Below are positions 25,305 to 37,767 of a DNA stretch of 64,000 bases, piece by piece (the stretch's first letter is position 1; the number at the start of each line of letters is the position of its first letter). The translations under genes and the position numbers were made by a program. Under the pieces are notes generated by a model. It saw only the letters and a program-made list of their open reading frames with translations, did no database searches and was not told the DNA's origin. Source of the DNA: Octopus sinensis. Its lineage: Eukaryota. The stretch covers positions 76,694,001 through 76,758,000 of the forward strand of contig NC_043004.1 of the NCBI RefSeq assembly GCF_006345805.1, read 5' to 3'.

Positions 25305-25465
25305 GATAGGTTTCCATATAGTTTCTATCACCCAAATTTCACTTATAAGGTATTAGTCACCCAAAGCTATGGTAGAAGAGACTTGCAAAGAATACCAAGC
25401 AGTAGGATTGAACTTACGAGCACATGCTTGAAAATCAAACACCTTAACCACACAGCCACGCCTGA
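25305..25465 (-). mobile_element. Degenerate SINE B head
   Basis: ...cttaaccacacagccacgcctg. Confidence 0.6.
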
Positions 25466-28217
25466 AGCAAATCAATATTTAATTTATATTATTTTATTGC
25501 CCAATACAGATTAATCATCTATATTGCTAGAAAACCATCCCAAAAACAAAAGAGAATAAAAAATAAATCATTAGCAAAAACTCCCTTTCAATTATTAAAT
25601 AAAGAGTTCTTTAGATGCTATTTGCTTTTTTGTAGATTTACCATGCGCAATATCAAAGAATTTTGTTTCTTTGAAAAGTATTGAAAGGAAATAAGCCATT
25701 TCCTTTCATTTGTCAGTACAGAACAGAATGAACATATTCTCGCATATCAATATTTAAAGCAAATTTAGAAAGTTAGCTATTAATAGATAACCTTAATTTC
25801 TGTTCAATATTTGTAAAGGTATTTGTACAATTTAATGTTCAGGAAAGGGTTCCATTGTTACTCGTCAGCTTGACCTATTAGAGCAAGATTGCTCTTTAGC
25901 ATAGAACTAGAAGGTTTAGATTCTGCTTCACCCACATATGAAGACTTGGAATTTCATTGGAATAAATAAATCCTGGAGATGGTCAGTTGACATTTATACT
26001 TCTGGCTGAGAAAAAAAGTGATTGAGTCTTTGACTTTTCTTTCTTCCCTTTCATGTGTGCGTGAGAGGGAGAGAGAAAGAAAGGGAGGATATACATGTAT
26101 GTAGACATAAATATAAGCTTATTTGAATATATATGTATGATGATGATGATAAAGATGCAGATGACCATCTTTGCTTTACAATTCTAGATTGATGTCCAGT
26201 CAATTAATCTTCTAAACTAGGGGCAATAAGACTAATGCATATTAAATTTTGATGCAAACGAATAAAATATATGAAATAAAACTGAATCTAAGTAAAAATA
26301 ACATCCTGAAGATGACAGCTCTCAAAAGGGAAATGTTTTAAATGCTGTCATAGCATGCTGTTGATATCAATGAGATTATGTTACAAGTGTTGTATGTGTC
26401 ATTAAAATAATTGGTTAAAACATTCCAGATATTTTTAATACAATTCTAAAAGGGATATATACCTAACTTGAATTAATATGATATTACTATGTATAGTTAT
26501 ATTCATGGACATACATAGGTAAATGTGTCTGCATGTGTATAACATGTTGTATAGGTGTATGCACAATAGATAGCATTACTAATGATATCATAAGCCATCC
26601 TGTTTATGTGAACGTGACAGAATTGCTTAACTGAGCTCAGATGTGTTAGTATATCATGAATAATGAATGATGGAATGGTTGATATCTCTTATTCTTGAAA
26701 ACTGCTTTATGTTCTAACAGAACTACAAAATTCCGTTTTCATTTCTTGTGGTACAAAAGGATGGTCTGGAGAGAATTAATAGATCTTGTAATAATCTAAT
26801 ATAAGTGAATATAAAGACCATAGCCTCAAGCAATGTGAATGTCCTACAAATGATAACAACAATAATGATTTCTTTCATAGGCAAATGGCCAGAAATCTGG
26901 AAGAAAATGTTAGTCGATGAAATCAAACCCAGTATTTAACTTGTACTGTATTTCAGCAACTAAATAATAATACTAAATAAAATCTAAACCATAGCTAAAG
27001 ACTCCCATTTGTAGGTCATTTTATAAAGGTTGGCATCATGTAGGATGCTACATAAAAGGAATCTGATTGGAGTTACCCATGGTGCTTAAGTGCAGCATTT
27101 TCTTTAGGGCATTTCAACTGGAGATTTTTATTTTTATAAAAAAAATCTTTTTTTGTCTACACTGCTTAGTGAGAGAAGAAGACCAAGGTGTTACTCTATG
27201 ATCTTTTCCAGGGTCTATGACACTGGTAGGAAGAAGAAAGGAAGTTATCTCCAAACTAGAAAACCTGACTCAAATGTTTGCAAGAAAGTTGACTCTGCTA
27301 AAGGTACCCATGGTCCAGTTGGTGATACTAAACTGAGAGATAAACTACTTATAACAGCCAAAGATACATTTCACTTACTTTAAATTAAAGACTTACATAA
27401 CAGTCTTTCTTACACACAAATACAAGTTCTCCTACACTTTATCTCTATTTCTTGTACACTGTATCTCTATCTGTTCTACACACTGATATAACCCTGACAT
27501 ATATATATCTTCAGCATCTACAGATATTTATATACACACACTTATAGGCTCTCACACATACTATATATGTATCACTCTCTCACATACATACTGACAGATT
27601 TTCTGCACTTTCGGAGGTATTTAAATGGACACACACTCGCTCTCACTTTTGCATGTATGTAGAATCTAACAGTAACACACACACATGCACGTGCGCATTC
27701 ACACACACACACGCACACACACACACACATCACACATACACACACACACACACAATGCCATGCATGCACACACATACACTCCAAAACACTGCTTGAAAAT
27801 ACACTTGCTCAGACACAGAGACACTGATACACTCTCACAAAGACTGTTGAACATATACTACATGCATGTTTAATAATTGACAGGTGATAGCAGAACTCAC
27901 ATATCTCCTTTTCAATAATTAATTTATCCTTTTGATTAAGATTAATCTAAAACAAGTTGTGAAAGTAAGTTAATTTAAAACATAAAGAATTATAGATTTT
28001 TGTTTTTTTCGGTATGGTGAGGAGACTTAAGTTTTCTTTTTTTCTGCTCTGGAATAAATATAGAAATATCTATTAATAGATTTAAATGCTAAATATTAAA
28101 CTGATATCTTATATTTTATAAGCAAGTCATTTATGAAAGATTTACAAAAAAAACAACAAAAAAAACAGGAAATAAACATGAGTCTAAGCAGATCTCATTT
28201 ATGCATTTCTCAATATT

Positions 28218-28613
28218 ATTTTCTATTCTACGCACAAGGCCCGAAATTTTGCGGGAGGGGGCCAGTTGATTAGATCAACCCCAGTATGCAACTGGTACTT
28301 AATTTATTGACCTTGAAAGGATGAAAGGCGAAGTCAACCTTGGCGAAATTTGAATTCAGAATGTAAAGACAGATGAAATACCTATTTCTTTACTACCCAC
28401 AAGGGGCTAAACACAGAGGGGACAAACAAGGACAGACAAACGGATTAAGTCGATTATACCGATCTCAGTGCGTAACTGGTACTTAATTTATCAACCCCGA
28501 AAGGATGAAAGGCAAAGTCGACCTTGGCAGAATTTGAACTCAGAACGTAACGGCAGACGAAATACTGCTAAGCATTTTGCCCGGCATGCTAACATTGCTG
28601 CCAGCTTGCCGCC
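28218..28613 (-). mobile_element. Composite (dimeric) SINE A: monomer with Tx1-like tail fused to a 5'-clipped monomer with the common tail
   Basis: Two bodies joined at ...gtagtaaagaaata|ggtatttcatctgtc. TSD atgcatt(tct/ttg)caatatt at 28201-28217 and 28614-28630 (15/17). Confidence 0.88.
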
Positions 28614-29395
28614 ATGCATTTTGCAATATTGTCGGGAGAAATCTTTCAGAAACATAAATGACTTTTAGAATATTGTTAGTAATAACGTGTGATTTATGCA
28701 GATTTATTTTAAGCTAAAAGTACACATACACTAATTGACAGGCACCAACAGAATAGGTTAAAAATACAAATGGTAGGATGAATGGTATGGATGCAAGGAA
28801 ACTGGCCTAGCAATTCTCTGCCAGGCCAAGAGAAAATAATCAATTTATAAGTAGAAAGAGTAAAAGATAACACTGATTCACAGTTTCCAACAATATTAGT
28901 CAATAAAACTGACTGATGCAATTTGTGATCGACTGTTAACTAACAACACATTTAACTTTTTAACAAAAATGATTTTCATGCTGTTCATTCAATGACTAAC
29001 TATTAAAGTAAATAAAAAAAGTCCTGAAACAATTTTGAATCCTATATCATCATCATCATCCTCATCATCAAGATGATGATAAAATGGCAATGACCACCAC
29101 CACCAATACCAACACCACCACCATCATCATCATCATGTCCCCTTTTTCATACTGCATTGGTTAGACAGAATGTGCTAAGGCAGATTTTCTAAGGTTGGAT
29201 GACCAACCCTCACCTGTTTCTGAGCAATGGAATGCTTCCCTACGGTTGTGCACGTTTTCCCAGAAGATTCCTAATGAGGTATTCTGTCTGTACTATAGTG
29301 ATGATGATCATTTAGAAATATTGCATGATGTAACAACAAAGAAATACAAACACACCTAGCCCCCCCACACCCACATGCATATATAGATATATATG

Positions 29396-29456
<61 letters not shown>

Positions 29457-29540
29457 GTCTATCTATCTATCTATCTATCTATCTGTCTATCTATCTATCT
29501 ATCTATCGATCTATCTGTCTATCTATCTATCTATCTATCG

Positions 29541-29576
<36 letters not shown>

Positions 29577-29780
29577 GTCTATCTATCTATCTATCTATCT
29601 ATCTGTCTATCTATCTATCTATCTTTCTATCTATCTATCTATCTATCTATCTGTCTATCTATCTATCTATCTATCTATCTGTCTATCTATCTATCTATCT
29701 ATCGATCTATCTGTCTATCTATCTATCTATCTATCGATCTATCTATCTATCTATCTATCTATCTGTCTATCTATCTATCT
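29396..29780. repeat. (TATC)n/(GATA)n microsatellite with TGTC and TCGA variant units, left flank of the Tx1 element
   Basis: Direct reading. Confidence 0.98.
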
Positions 29781-32442
29781 GCACTTCCGCCGCCGTGATG
29801 GCACCTTCGCAGCACCCTGACTTTCTTGTCGAGAGTCGTGGTAGGCTATACAGTGCCTACCTACATAGCCTACCACGACTCTCGACAAGAAAGGCAGGGT
29901 GCTGCGAAGGTGCCATCACGGCGGCGGAAGTGCGGGAAGCGATGGCAGAATGCTCGAGGGACAAATCACCGGGTTTGGATGGTCTACCCTACGAGCTTTA
30001 CAATTGTATGCCAGACTTGTTTGGAGATCTCTTGGCGGCGGTGTACTGCAACTGGCAGCAAAACGGGAGCATTCCTGGTTTTGTGAGCCGAGGAGCCGTA
30101 ACACTGCTGAAGAAAGATCTAAACAAGGGAAATGTAATAGATAACTTTAGGCCCATCACTCTGCTTAATGCAGACTTGAAAATTTTGGCCAAGGTGCTAG
30201 CCAAGAGGTTGGCGCTTGTCATCGAGAAACTGGTCGACAAGGCGCAAACATGCGCCGTGCCAGGCCGGACCATCCATGACAACCTCCATCTGATGCGCTA
30301 CATCATAGACAGGGTAGTTAACGAACCTGGCATGGGTGGGGCCCTGATCAACTTGGATCAATCAAAAGCCTTTGATAGGGTAGACCATCGATACTTGGAG
30401 GCAGTCCTGAGAGCGGCTGGTTTCGGTCCCGTCTTCCGCGGCTGGATAGCTGCCTTGTACAGAGGCATCCGTTCGGTAATTCGCGTAAATGGACATCTAT
30501 CGAGACCTTTCGACATTGCACGTTCGGTCCGTCAGGGATGCCCCCTCTCGGCGCTTCTATACGTATTGACCTCTTGAGCCACTACTGCGGAAGCTGGCGA
30601 CTCTAAGGGGCATCCCGCGAGAATTGGGATGCGGGACGAGCGTGTCTGCATACGCGGACGACGTCACCGTCATAGTGTCTAGCCACGAGCACATCGAGCT
30701 GGTCGGCGAGACACTGAAAAACTACGAAGCGGTGACAGGAGCGAAAATCAACCGGGAAAAGTCAGTGGGCTTGCGACTAGGCACCTGGAGAAACAAGCCC
30801 ATGCCGTCCACCAGCGCCTCCGTCGTGGGACGCTGGACCGACGGCCTGGTTGAGTTGCTCGGGGTCTGGTTTGGTCCGGACCTCCAAGTGGAGAAGAACT
30901 GGAACGAGATAACGAGTAGGGTGGTCACTCTCGCCCGGCAATGGGCCGAGAGGAAACTGTCCCTAAAAGGTCGAGCGGAGGTGGCGAACACGTACATCGC
31001 GTCCGTCATCTACTACCGCCTGACCGTCATACCTTGTCCCGACCCTACCATCACCAAACTACAACGCATCCTCTTTCGCTTCTTGTGGAAAGGATGCGTC
31101 CCGATGGTCAGGCGATCCATTTGCTGTCAACACCCGTTAAAAGGAGGGCTGGGCATGCCGTGGTTGATGATGCGCAGACACGCGCTGAGACTGCGACATC
31201 TCTGGCTCTATGTAGACGACGGTGAACAGGTGTGGTCGCCGTTTGTGAGGCACGCTTTCCCGCAGCTCGTCTCCATGACCGAACTGCAGTCGTGGATCAA
31301 AAAGAGGCCGAGGAAGGGCGAATGGCACCGCGAGTGTCGCGTTGCTCTCAAGCAACTCTGCCGTCCTGGGTCGACCTTAAGTGACTTCAACACAACCAAA
31401 GCATTCTATAGGGGTTTAGTGGAGGGGAGGTACGACGACGAGCTCGGGGCGAACCTGGACGTCGACGAGGAGTACCTGACCCGCCTGTTCGGGACGACTT
31501 TCGGGCCAGGGCCCATGGACAACTTCCAGAGATCCCTGGCCTGGCAGTGCTACCGAGAAGCGCTACCCGTTCGGGATAAGCTCTACAGACACGGCTCGAG
31601 AACACGGGGCCGACCTGCCCGAGATGCGGTCAGAGCGACGAAACCATTCTGCACGCACTCGTTCAGTGTCCAACAATTTCCGACCTGTGGGCTTATGTCG
31701 AACAACTGCTGTCACGTGTGGGACGAGTCGGTTTATCAGCTGAGTCTATCGTCAATATTGTCACGCCTCCTTCCTTCAAACGGGAAGGAAGAGCTATTTT
31801 CATCATCCTTGTGGCTATGGCGAAAGAATGTATCTGGTGGACGCGTCTGAAAGGATTGGAGACAAACACTTTCCTCTCTGGTCAATCTCTCATCAACTTC
31901 TTCAAGTACCACGTGAAAAGGAAAGTGAGAGTAGAGAGGCAAGTTTTGTCTAGCGAATGTTTTAAAAAAAGATGGGTGAATGTAGCAAGAATGGCACGTA
32001 TGAATGACGAAGCCACCTTGAGCATAGTCCTATGAACCCAGAAATCGAAAACAGAGAGTTGCTTATTTGCAAAAAAAAAAAAAAAAAAAAAGAAATATAA
32101 AATGTGACTTCATTGACCGAGGTTACCGTGGTCTTTTCCGCAGGCTTTTCTTTCCACGGGTAAACCTCACCTGTCCTCCCCTTTACACTTCATATTGACA
32201 TTTCTGTGATAACGATCCCTATTGATCATTTTTTTTTTTCTTTTTCCTCTCCCCCCCCCTTTTTTTTTTTTTTTTTAACCCCCCTTATTTTTGTCCTCTT
32301 TCTCTCCTTTTACGATCCCTTTTGATCGAACCTCCCCCTTCCTTTTTTTTTTTTTTTTTTTTTTTTTAATACCTTCAAAAGAAAAGCTCTACCTTGTAAT
32401 TTGTTCTATCTGTGTGCAGCCCTGTGTGGCTAATAAAGAAAC
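29781..32442 (+). mobile_element. 5'-truncated Tx1/L1-clade non-LTR retrotransposon inserted in a (TATC)n microsatellite
   Basis: RT motifs KSPGLDGLPYELY, NFRPITLLNADLKILAKVLAKRL, PGRTIHDNL, LDQSKAFDRVDH, VRQGCPLS, AYADD, GAKINREKS, LSLKGRAEVAN, GGLGMP; C-terminal CCHC knuckle CPRCGQSDETILHALVQC. 3'UTR ends AATAAAGAAAC. Clearly GC- and CpG-richer than the flanks. No endonuclease or ORF1 (truncated). Confidence 0.93.
29851..32035 (+). pseudogene. Tx1 ORF2 remnant (RT plus zinc knuckle) with two single-base frameshifts
   Basis: Removing one C at 30570-30571 restores VLTLEPLLRKL...AYADD. Adding one base near 31600-31602 restores HGS-R-NTGPTCPRC...LSIVL, stop TGA 32033-32035. I saw no in-frame stops otherwise. 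Confidence 0.9.
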
Positions 32443-32485
32443 ATATCTATCTATCTATCTGTCTATCTATCTATCTATCTATCTG

Positions 32486-32516
<31 letters not shown>

Positions 32517-32549
32517 GTCTATCTATCTATCTATCTATCGATCTATCTG

Positions 32550-32584
<35 letters not shown>

Positions 32585-32645
32585 GTCTATCTATCTATCT
32601 ATCTATCTATCTGTCTATCTATCTATCTATCTATCGATCTATCTG

Positions 32646-32696
<51 letters not shown>

Positions 32697-32814
32697 GTCT
32701 ATCTATCTATCTGTCTATCTATCTATCTGTCTATCTATCTATCTGTCTATCTATCTATCTGTCTATCTATCTATCTATCTATCTATCTGTCTATCTATCT
32801 ATCTATCGATCTAT
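32443..32814. repeat. (TATC)n microsatellite with the same variant units, right flank of the Tx1 element
   Basis: Direct reading; same strand and same interruptions as the left array. Confidence 0.98.
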
Positions 32815-35617
32815 ATACACGCACATATGCATACTATTTCTATGACTGTTCAATACTTATTCTTTCTCTTATATATAGTTACCATTAGTGGCTCTCTCCC
32901 ACTACTACCCTTCTACAAGCAGACCCTTTTCTACCCACTCTTTTAGTTACTTTACCCTGAACAAATAGCGACAATGTTAAATAGTGAAGGTTGTTTTGTC
33001 TTAAGGGATCATGGTAAAATATATCTAAAAGGTGATTAGTAAACAAATGAAGTATAGGGCTGCAAGAATTCTTCGTCTTGTCTGGTCAAGGATGTGAAAA
33101 CCATTTCTGGTGCCTGTGCCAAAAATAAAATATACAAGTGAAACACGGGTTTCTTGACCCACAGTAACTCCAAATAAGAATTAACTACTAATAGCTTAGT
33201 AGTCAAAGAACGACAGTAGGTGATGTGATGAATGACAATGGCAGGTAGTTAGATGAAGGATCAAACCAGATGGAGAGACAAAGGAGGGTGGTAGATGGTT
33301 AAAGAAAGGGTCATAATAGATAAGGAGCAATGGACAATACTGAGTAACATGATGAAGGACTGTAGTATGCAATAACTTTGAATTAGAACGGGCACAGGGA
33401 AAGGGGTCTCTTTAATTCTCCTGCATGTGATAACACCTCATGCTGGTGGCTGAAAAAATACACCCCTCATACTCTGCAAACTCTGTAAATAGGGTTAGTG
33501 ATAAGTAGGGCATCCAAATATAGAAATCCCACCAAAAAATATCCACAGCAGTTCTTTGTCTTGCAAGCCAGTGTTGCTCTTGATTTCAAGCACCTTTTTT
33601 AGTCCTTCATCAAGATACTTGCTAGAGTACATCACATCACCCACCAAGGTTATTTGCTGCATAGAGATTTAACTATCAACCTAAATATCCCAGAGAGGTC
33701 ACTCACAATGGCAGCCAGAGACCTGTCTTTAATCAGTGATACTAATCTCTTATACATATTCTATCATGCTCGAGAATGTAGTTCAGAAGTGAGATATGGA
33801 CTCTGCAGGCCATATTGTACACTTGGGGGATTCCTTTAATTCTCCTATGCAAGTCATTCTTTCTAGAGACAGCAGTCGGATAGAAAATGCACTCAATCCA
33901 CACCTTATGAAATACAAAGAACAAAGTGGCTGGTTTCCTCTATTGCTACTCCTTCCAACCTGTGCAAGATTTGGGAAAAAAAAATCAATGGTAGTAGTGG
34001 TGGTGGAAGTGGGTGGGTGGTGGCAGGTCATCATTGCTGCAACCATTGCCATTAAACTCAAGAGATTCTCTATCTTTTATGACAATTCCTCACACATCTG
34101 TTTGAGTGCCAGTAGTAATCCAGCTTTTATTTCATTATCTTATTTTTAATATGAGTCTATTTTGTTAAGAACTCTACATAATAATCATGTGTCTAACCTG
34201 AAATTTTCTTTTAGTTCATTAAACACTCTCTATTTGATTAATATTTTAAGCTTAAGCTATCTATATATATATATGTTCAATCTTTCTGTCTGTATAATGA
34301 AATAAGTTATAAGCATCTGATCTCTCCTAAGAAATTATCACAGAGCTGGCTAGTATTCCACTTTCACCACAAAATCTTGCTCTACCAACTTCCTACAATT
34401 GCTAGAATAGAATAGAATAGAAATTGCTTTCCAGTAGGATCAGTAATTACTTAGAATGACAGGCAGCTTTCCCTTCAGATTCTACATAACATTTGAAGCT
34501 TTATCAGCAAATAATAAATAGCATTCAAAATAACTTCATTTTATTGCCATCTTGATATATCTATATTTTTTATGTAAACACACATAACCATACTCTACAG
34601 ACATACATTTTTTTCTGCCAGTTATTTGAATATGCAGATAACAATAAAGCCATGATCGAAATTGTTTATAAGAGATGGGAGTAGCAGTCATGCTTGTATG
34701 CTTCATAAAACAATTTTATAGTTTCTTGGAGTTGTTCTTTCCTCAATGCACTGCATTCCATGCTAACAGGGCTTTATCTAGGTATTGCAGGCTTCATTTA
34801 TATCGATCTTTTGGTCCAATATTGCTTCTCTTCACAGCTGTATTCAACTCAACTAATACTGATTTTTATTTTACCTATTTCTATTTATCTTTTATATATA
34901 TATATATTTTTTGCAAATACTTTTGAAGCACCTTTCTTTTATCATTGACCTGGAGTAAAATAATAACAACATTTATAGGTGGAATATTTAAAGGAACCCG
35001 TTACTCAGGTAAATGACTTCAGTCAGGATTTAATCTAGCATATAAGTTGTTGTTGCTGTTTAGCCCAGATCAGCTTTAATCCACAAGATCTATGATCAAA
35101 AGCATTCCAGCTATGATCGTTCAATCTTTTTTTTTCTTTTTTCAGACATTGTATATCTTGTATGTTAACATTCAATGTGCCCGTTCTTTTTATAAGATAG
35201 CAAAATGTGATTTTAATAATATTTAGCTGCTATTTCTAGCAGGTTAATAACCAAGTAGAGGCTTCTCTGTGTTTTAACAGAAAGAGTAACATTCTAAATA
35301 AAAAATCAATAAACTATAGCTGGTTGGAATTTGAGTCTTCTTTTTTTTTAGTTATTCAGTATCTCAGAGCTCACATAAATATTGGCTCCAAGAAAGAAGC
35401 TGAATCTTTTGATGTGGATTTGATAACTTTAAGACTAAGAAACTTCAAAAAGAACTGTGAAATGTGGAGACTCAGTTTATACAATGAACTAAAAGATTTC
35501 TTTTATGTCAAGAAGCTGATGGTGAAAAGTTGTTACTTTGTAGCCCCAGATTAGTCTTGACTGAGAAGGTCTATGATCGTAAGTATTCAATCCATGATCA
35601 CACCAACTTTCTTTTTG

Positions 35618-36130
35618 AGGGAGGTGACTGATCTGAAAGTACAGTAACCAGAGTAAGAAGAGGTTGGAGGAAGTTCAGAGAGCTATTACCACTGTTAGCA
35701 ACAAAGGTCTTTCCTCTCAGAGTGAAAGGTAGATTACATGATGCTTGTGTTACAAAAATGATGCGGTAGTGTAGTGAGATATAGGCCTTGAAAGTGGAGA
35801 TCATGAGGAGGCTGGAAAGAAATGAAGTGAGCATGCTCCAGTGAATGTACAATATAAGTGTGCATGGACAACATAGTATAAATGTGAAGAGACAAAAATT
35901 GGGTATTTGAGGAATCAGATGTAGTGTGCAAGAAAGAAGACTGCATATGGATGAGGACAGCTGTATAAAGAAGTGCCGATAGCTAAATGTGATGAGGAAG
36001 ACCTAGGAAGATATAGAAAAAAGTGGTGAAGGCTGATTTCAGGACCTTGAACCTCAAGGGGGAGATGAACAAAGACCAGGAGGACTGGCAATATATATGC
36101 AGTTCTCAAGAAGACCCAACCACTTTGGTG
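35618..36130 (+). mobile_element. Decayed RTE-clade LINE, C-terminal ORF fragment
   Basis: Translates RVRRGWRKFRELLPLLATKVFPLRVKGRLHDACV...LERNEVSML...DEDSCIKKC...RPRK...VKADF with stops and indels. Confidence 0.8.
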
Positions 36131-36139
36131 AAACTGAGT

Positions 36140-36154
36140 TCTGCTAGCAATGTG

Positions 36155-36185
<31 letters not shown>

Positions 36186-36254
36186 TGTGTGTGTGTGTGT
36201 GTGTGAGCATGTGTATGTGAGCATGTGTGTGTGTGTGTTGTGTGTGTGTGTGTG

Positions 36255-36325
<71 letters not shown>

Positions 36326-36385
36326 TATATATATATATATATTATATATATATGTGTATATATATTTTTATATATATATATGTGT
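36140..36385. repeat. (TG)n then (TA)n compound microsatellite
   Basis: Direct reading. Confidence 0.95.
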
Positions 36386-36656
36386 GGTTTCATTGTTTTT
36401 CTTCTTTTTTTTTGTCATAAGTGAGTCACAAACATTGTTGTCTGTGGAGACTTATTTTTGTAGTAGAAAGAAATAGTAGTCCTTTGACTGCTATTTCTAA
36501 TATTTTTGGTATGTGGTTTAAGCAACTTGTTCCAAAAAACCCTTATTATTATAATTATATAAATTTTTACCGAATATGGTCCTTTTCCATACCGAAATAC
36601 TACTAGGTGAAATTTGTTGATTTTATTAAATTAATTATATTTCACCCTTTATCTGT

Positions 36657-36711
<55 letters not shown>

Positions 36712-37524
36712 TATGTGCACAACTAGACTCTTCACCCAGTTTCTTCCTCTAGATGACCCTACCACTCATCATCACTCAAAGTGTAGTTCTTCCTTGATAC
36801 TGTCCTTCATTAATTAATATTGTTCTCTCTGCCCACATTTTACATTGATCATACCCCTCCTAATGAGCCACCAAATTAGCTCTTCTCCTTCACCATAACT
36901 CTCTCATTCTTCTCATTTACTACACCTGCCTCTTCCACCAGTTCCCCCCACCACCTCTACCACACTTCTACAACCTACCCACTCAAAAGTCATATCTCTC
37001 TCTCTCTTGTCTGTTTCCTGTATAGTTTATCAATCAACTATTTTGCTGCTTTCCTTGCTCTTTTTTCTGCAGAATCAGTCATCTGCTTTCCTACCTCCCC
37101 AACTCATGCATCACTGGTCATTCCCCACCCCTTATCCATGATTTACTACATCCACCCACCAAACCTACCTAATCTTTACAGTAGTCACCAACCTCACCTT
37201 ACCTATTCTCTCTCCCTCGCTCTTGCAACCCACATAACTGGTTCCACCCACAGTACTAGTTCCTCTGTCCCACTCACTTCTACTCATCCCATAATTTGAG
37301 ACACCTTAATCACCACTAATTTTATATCTTTCTAGCTCTGTCTCTCTTCTAAAATGTAAGTGACCATGTAACTCCTCTATAATAAGAAACCTGTTCTGCT
37401 CTGGCCCCTTCTCTCATACTTTCACTCCTCATCAATTAGTGTAAAGCTGCCCCTTGGGATTTGTAGTCTTGCAAGCTGCATGGTAACCTCACTAGTGCTG
37501 GTGATGTAAAAATACCCAACATAT

Positions 37525-37767
37525 CTTTTCTGCTCTAGGCACAAGGCCTGAAATTTTAGGGGGAGGGAGCCAGTCAAGTAGATCAACCCCAGTATGCAAC
37601 TGGTACTTAACTTATTGCACCCGAAAGGATGAAAGGTAAAGTTGACCTTGGTGGCATTTAAACTCAGAACATAGTGACAGACGAAATATCGCTAAGTATT
37701 TTGCCCAGTGTGCTAACATTTCTGCCAGCTCACCACCTTTGCTAACGTTTCTGCCAGTTCACTGGCT
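37525..37767 (-). mobile_element. SINE A nested in an older RTE-tailed element, with a duplicated head
   Basis: TSD 37507-37524 and 37768-37785 (15/18). Host sequence resumes on both sides and matches 14560-14795. Confidence 0.82.

Noticed and set aside
29393-29780. Long YLSI-repeat N-terminus of the 394-aa ORF
   Set aside because: Translation of (TATC)n, which has no stop on this strand; accidental fusion to the RT frame.
29826-31942. Alternative-frame and antisense ORFs within the LINE
   Set aside because: Expected in GC-rich coding DNA. Only 31718-32035 is real, as the frameshifted ORF2 C-terminus.
32291-32888. Two YLSI-repeat ORFs (184 and 158 aa)
   Set aside because: Microsatellite translation.
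33400-33780. Possible decayed RTE coding fragment on the minus strand
   Set aside because: No convincing motif recovered by hand.
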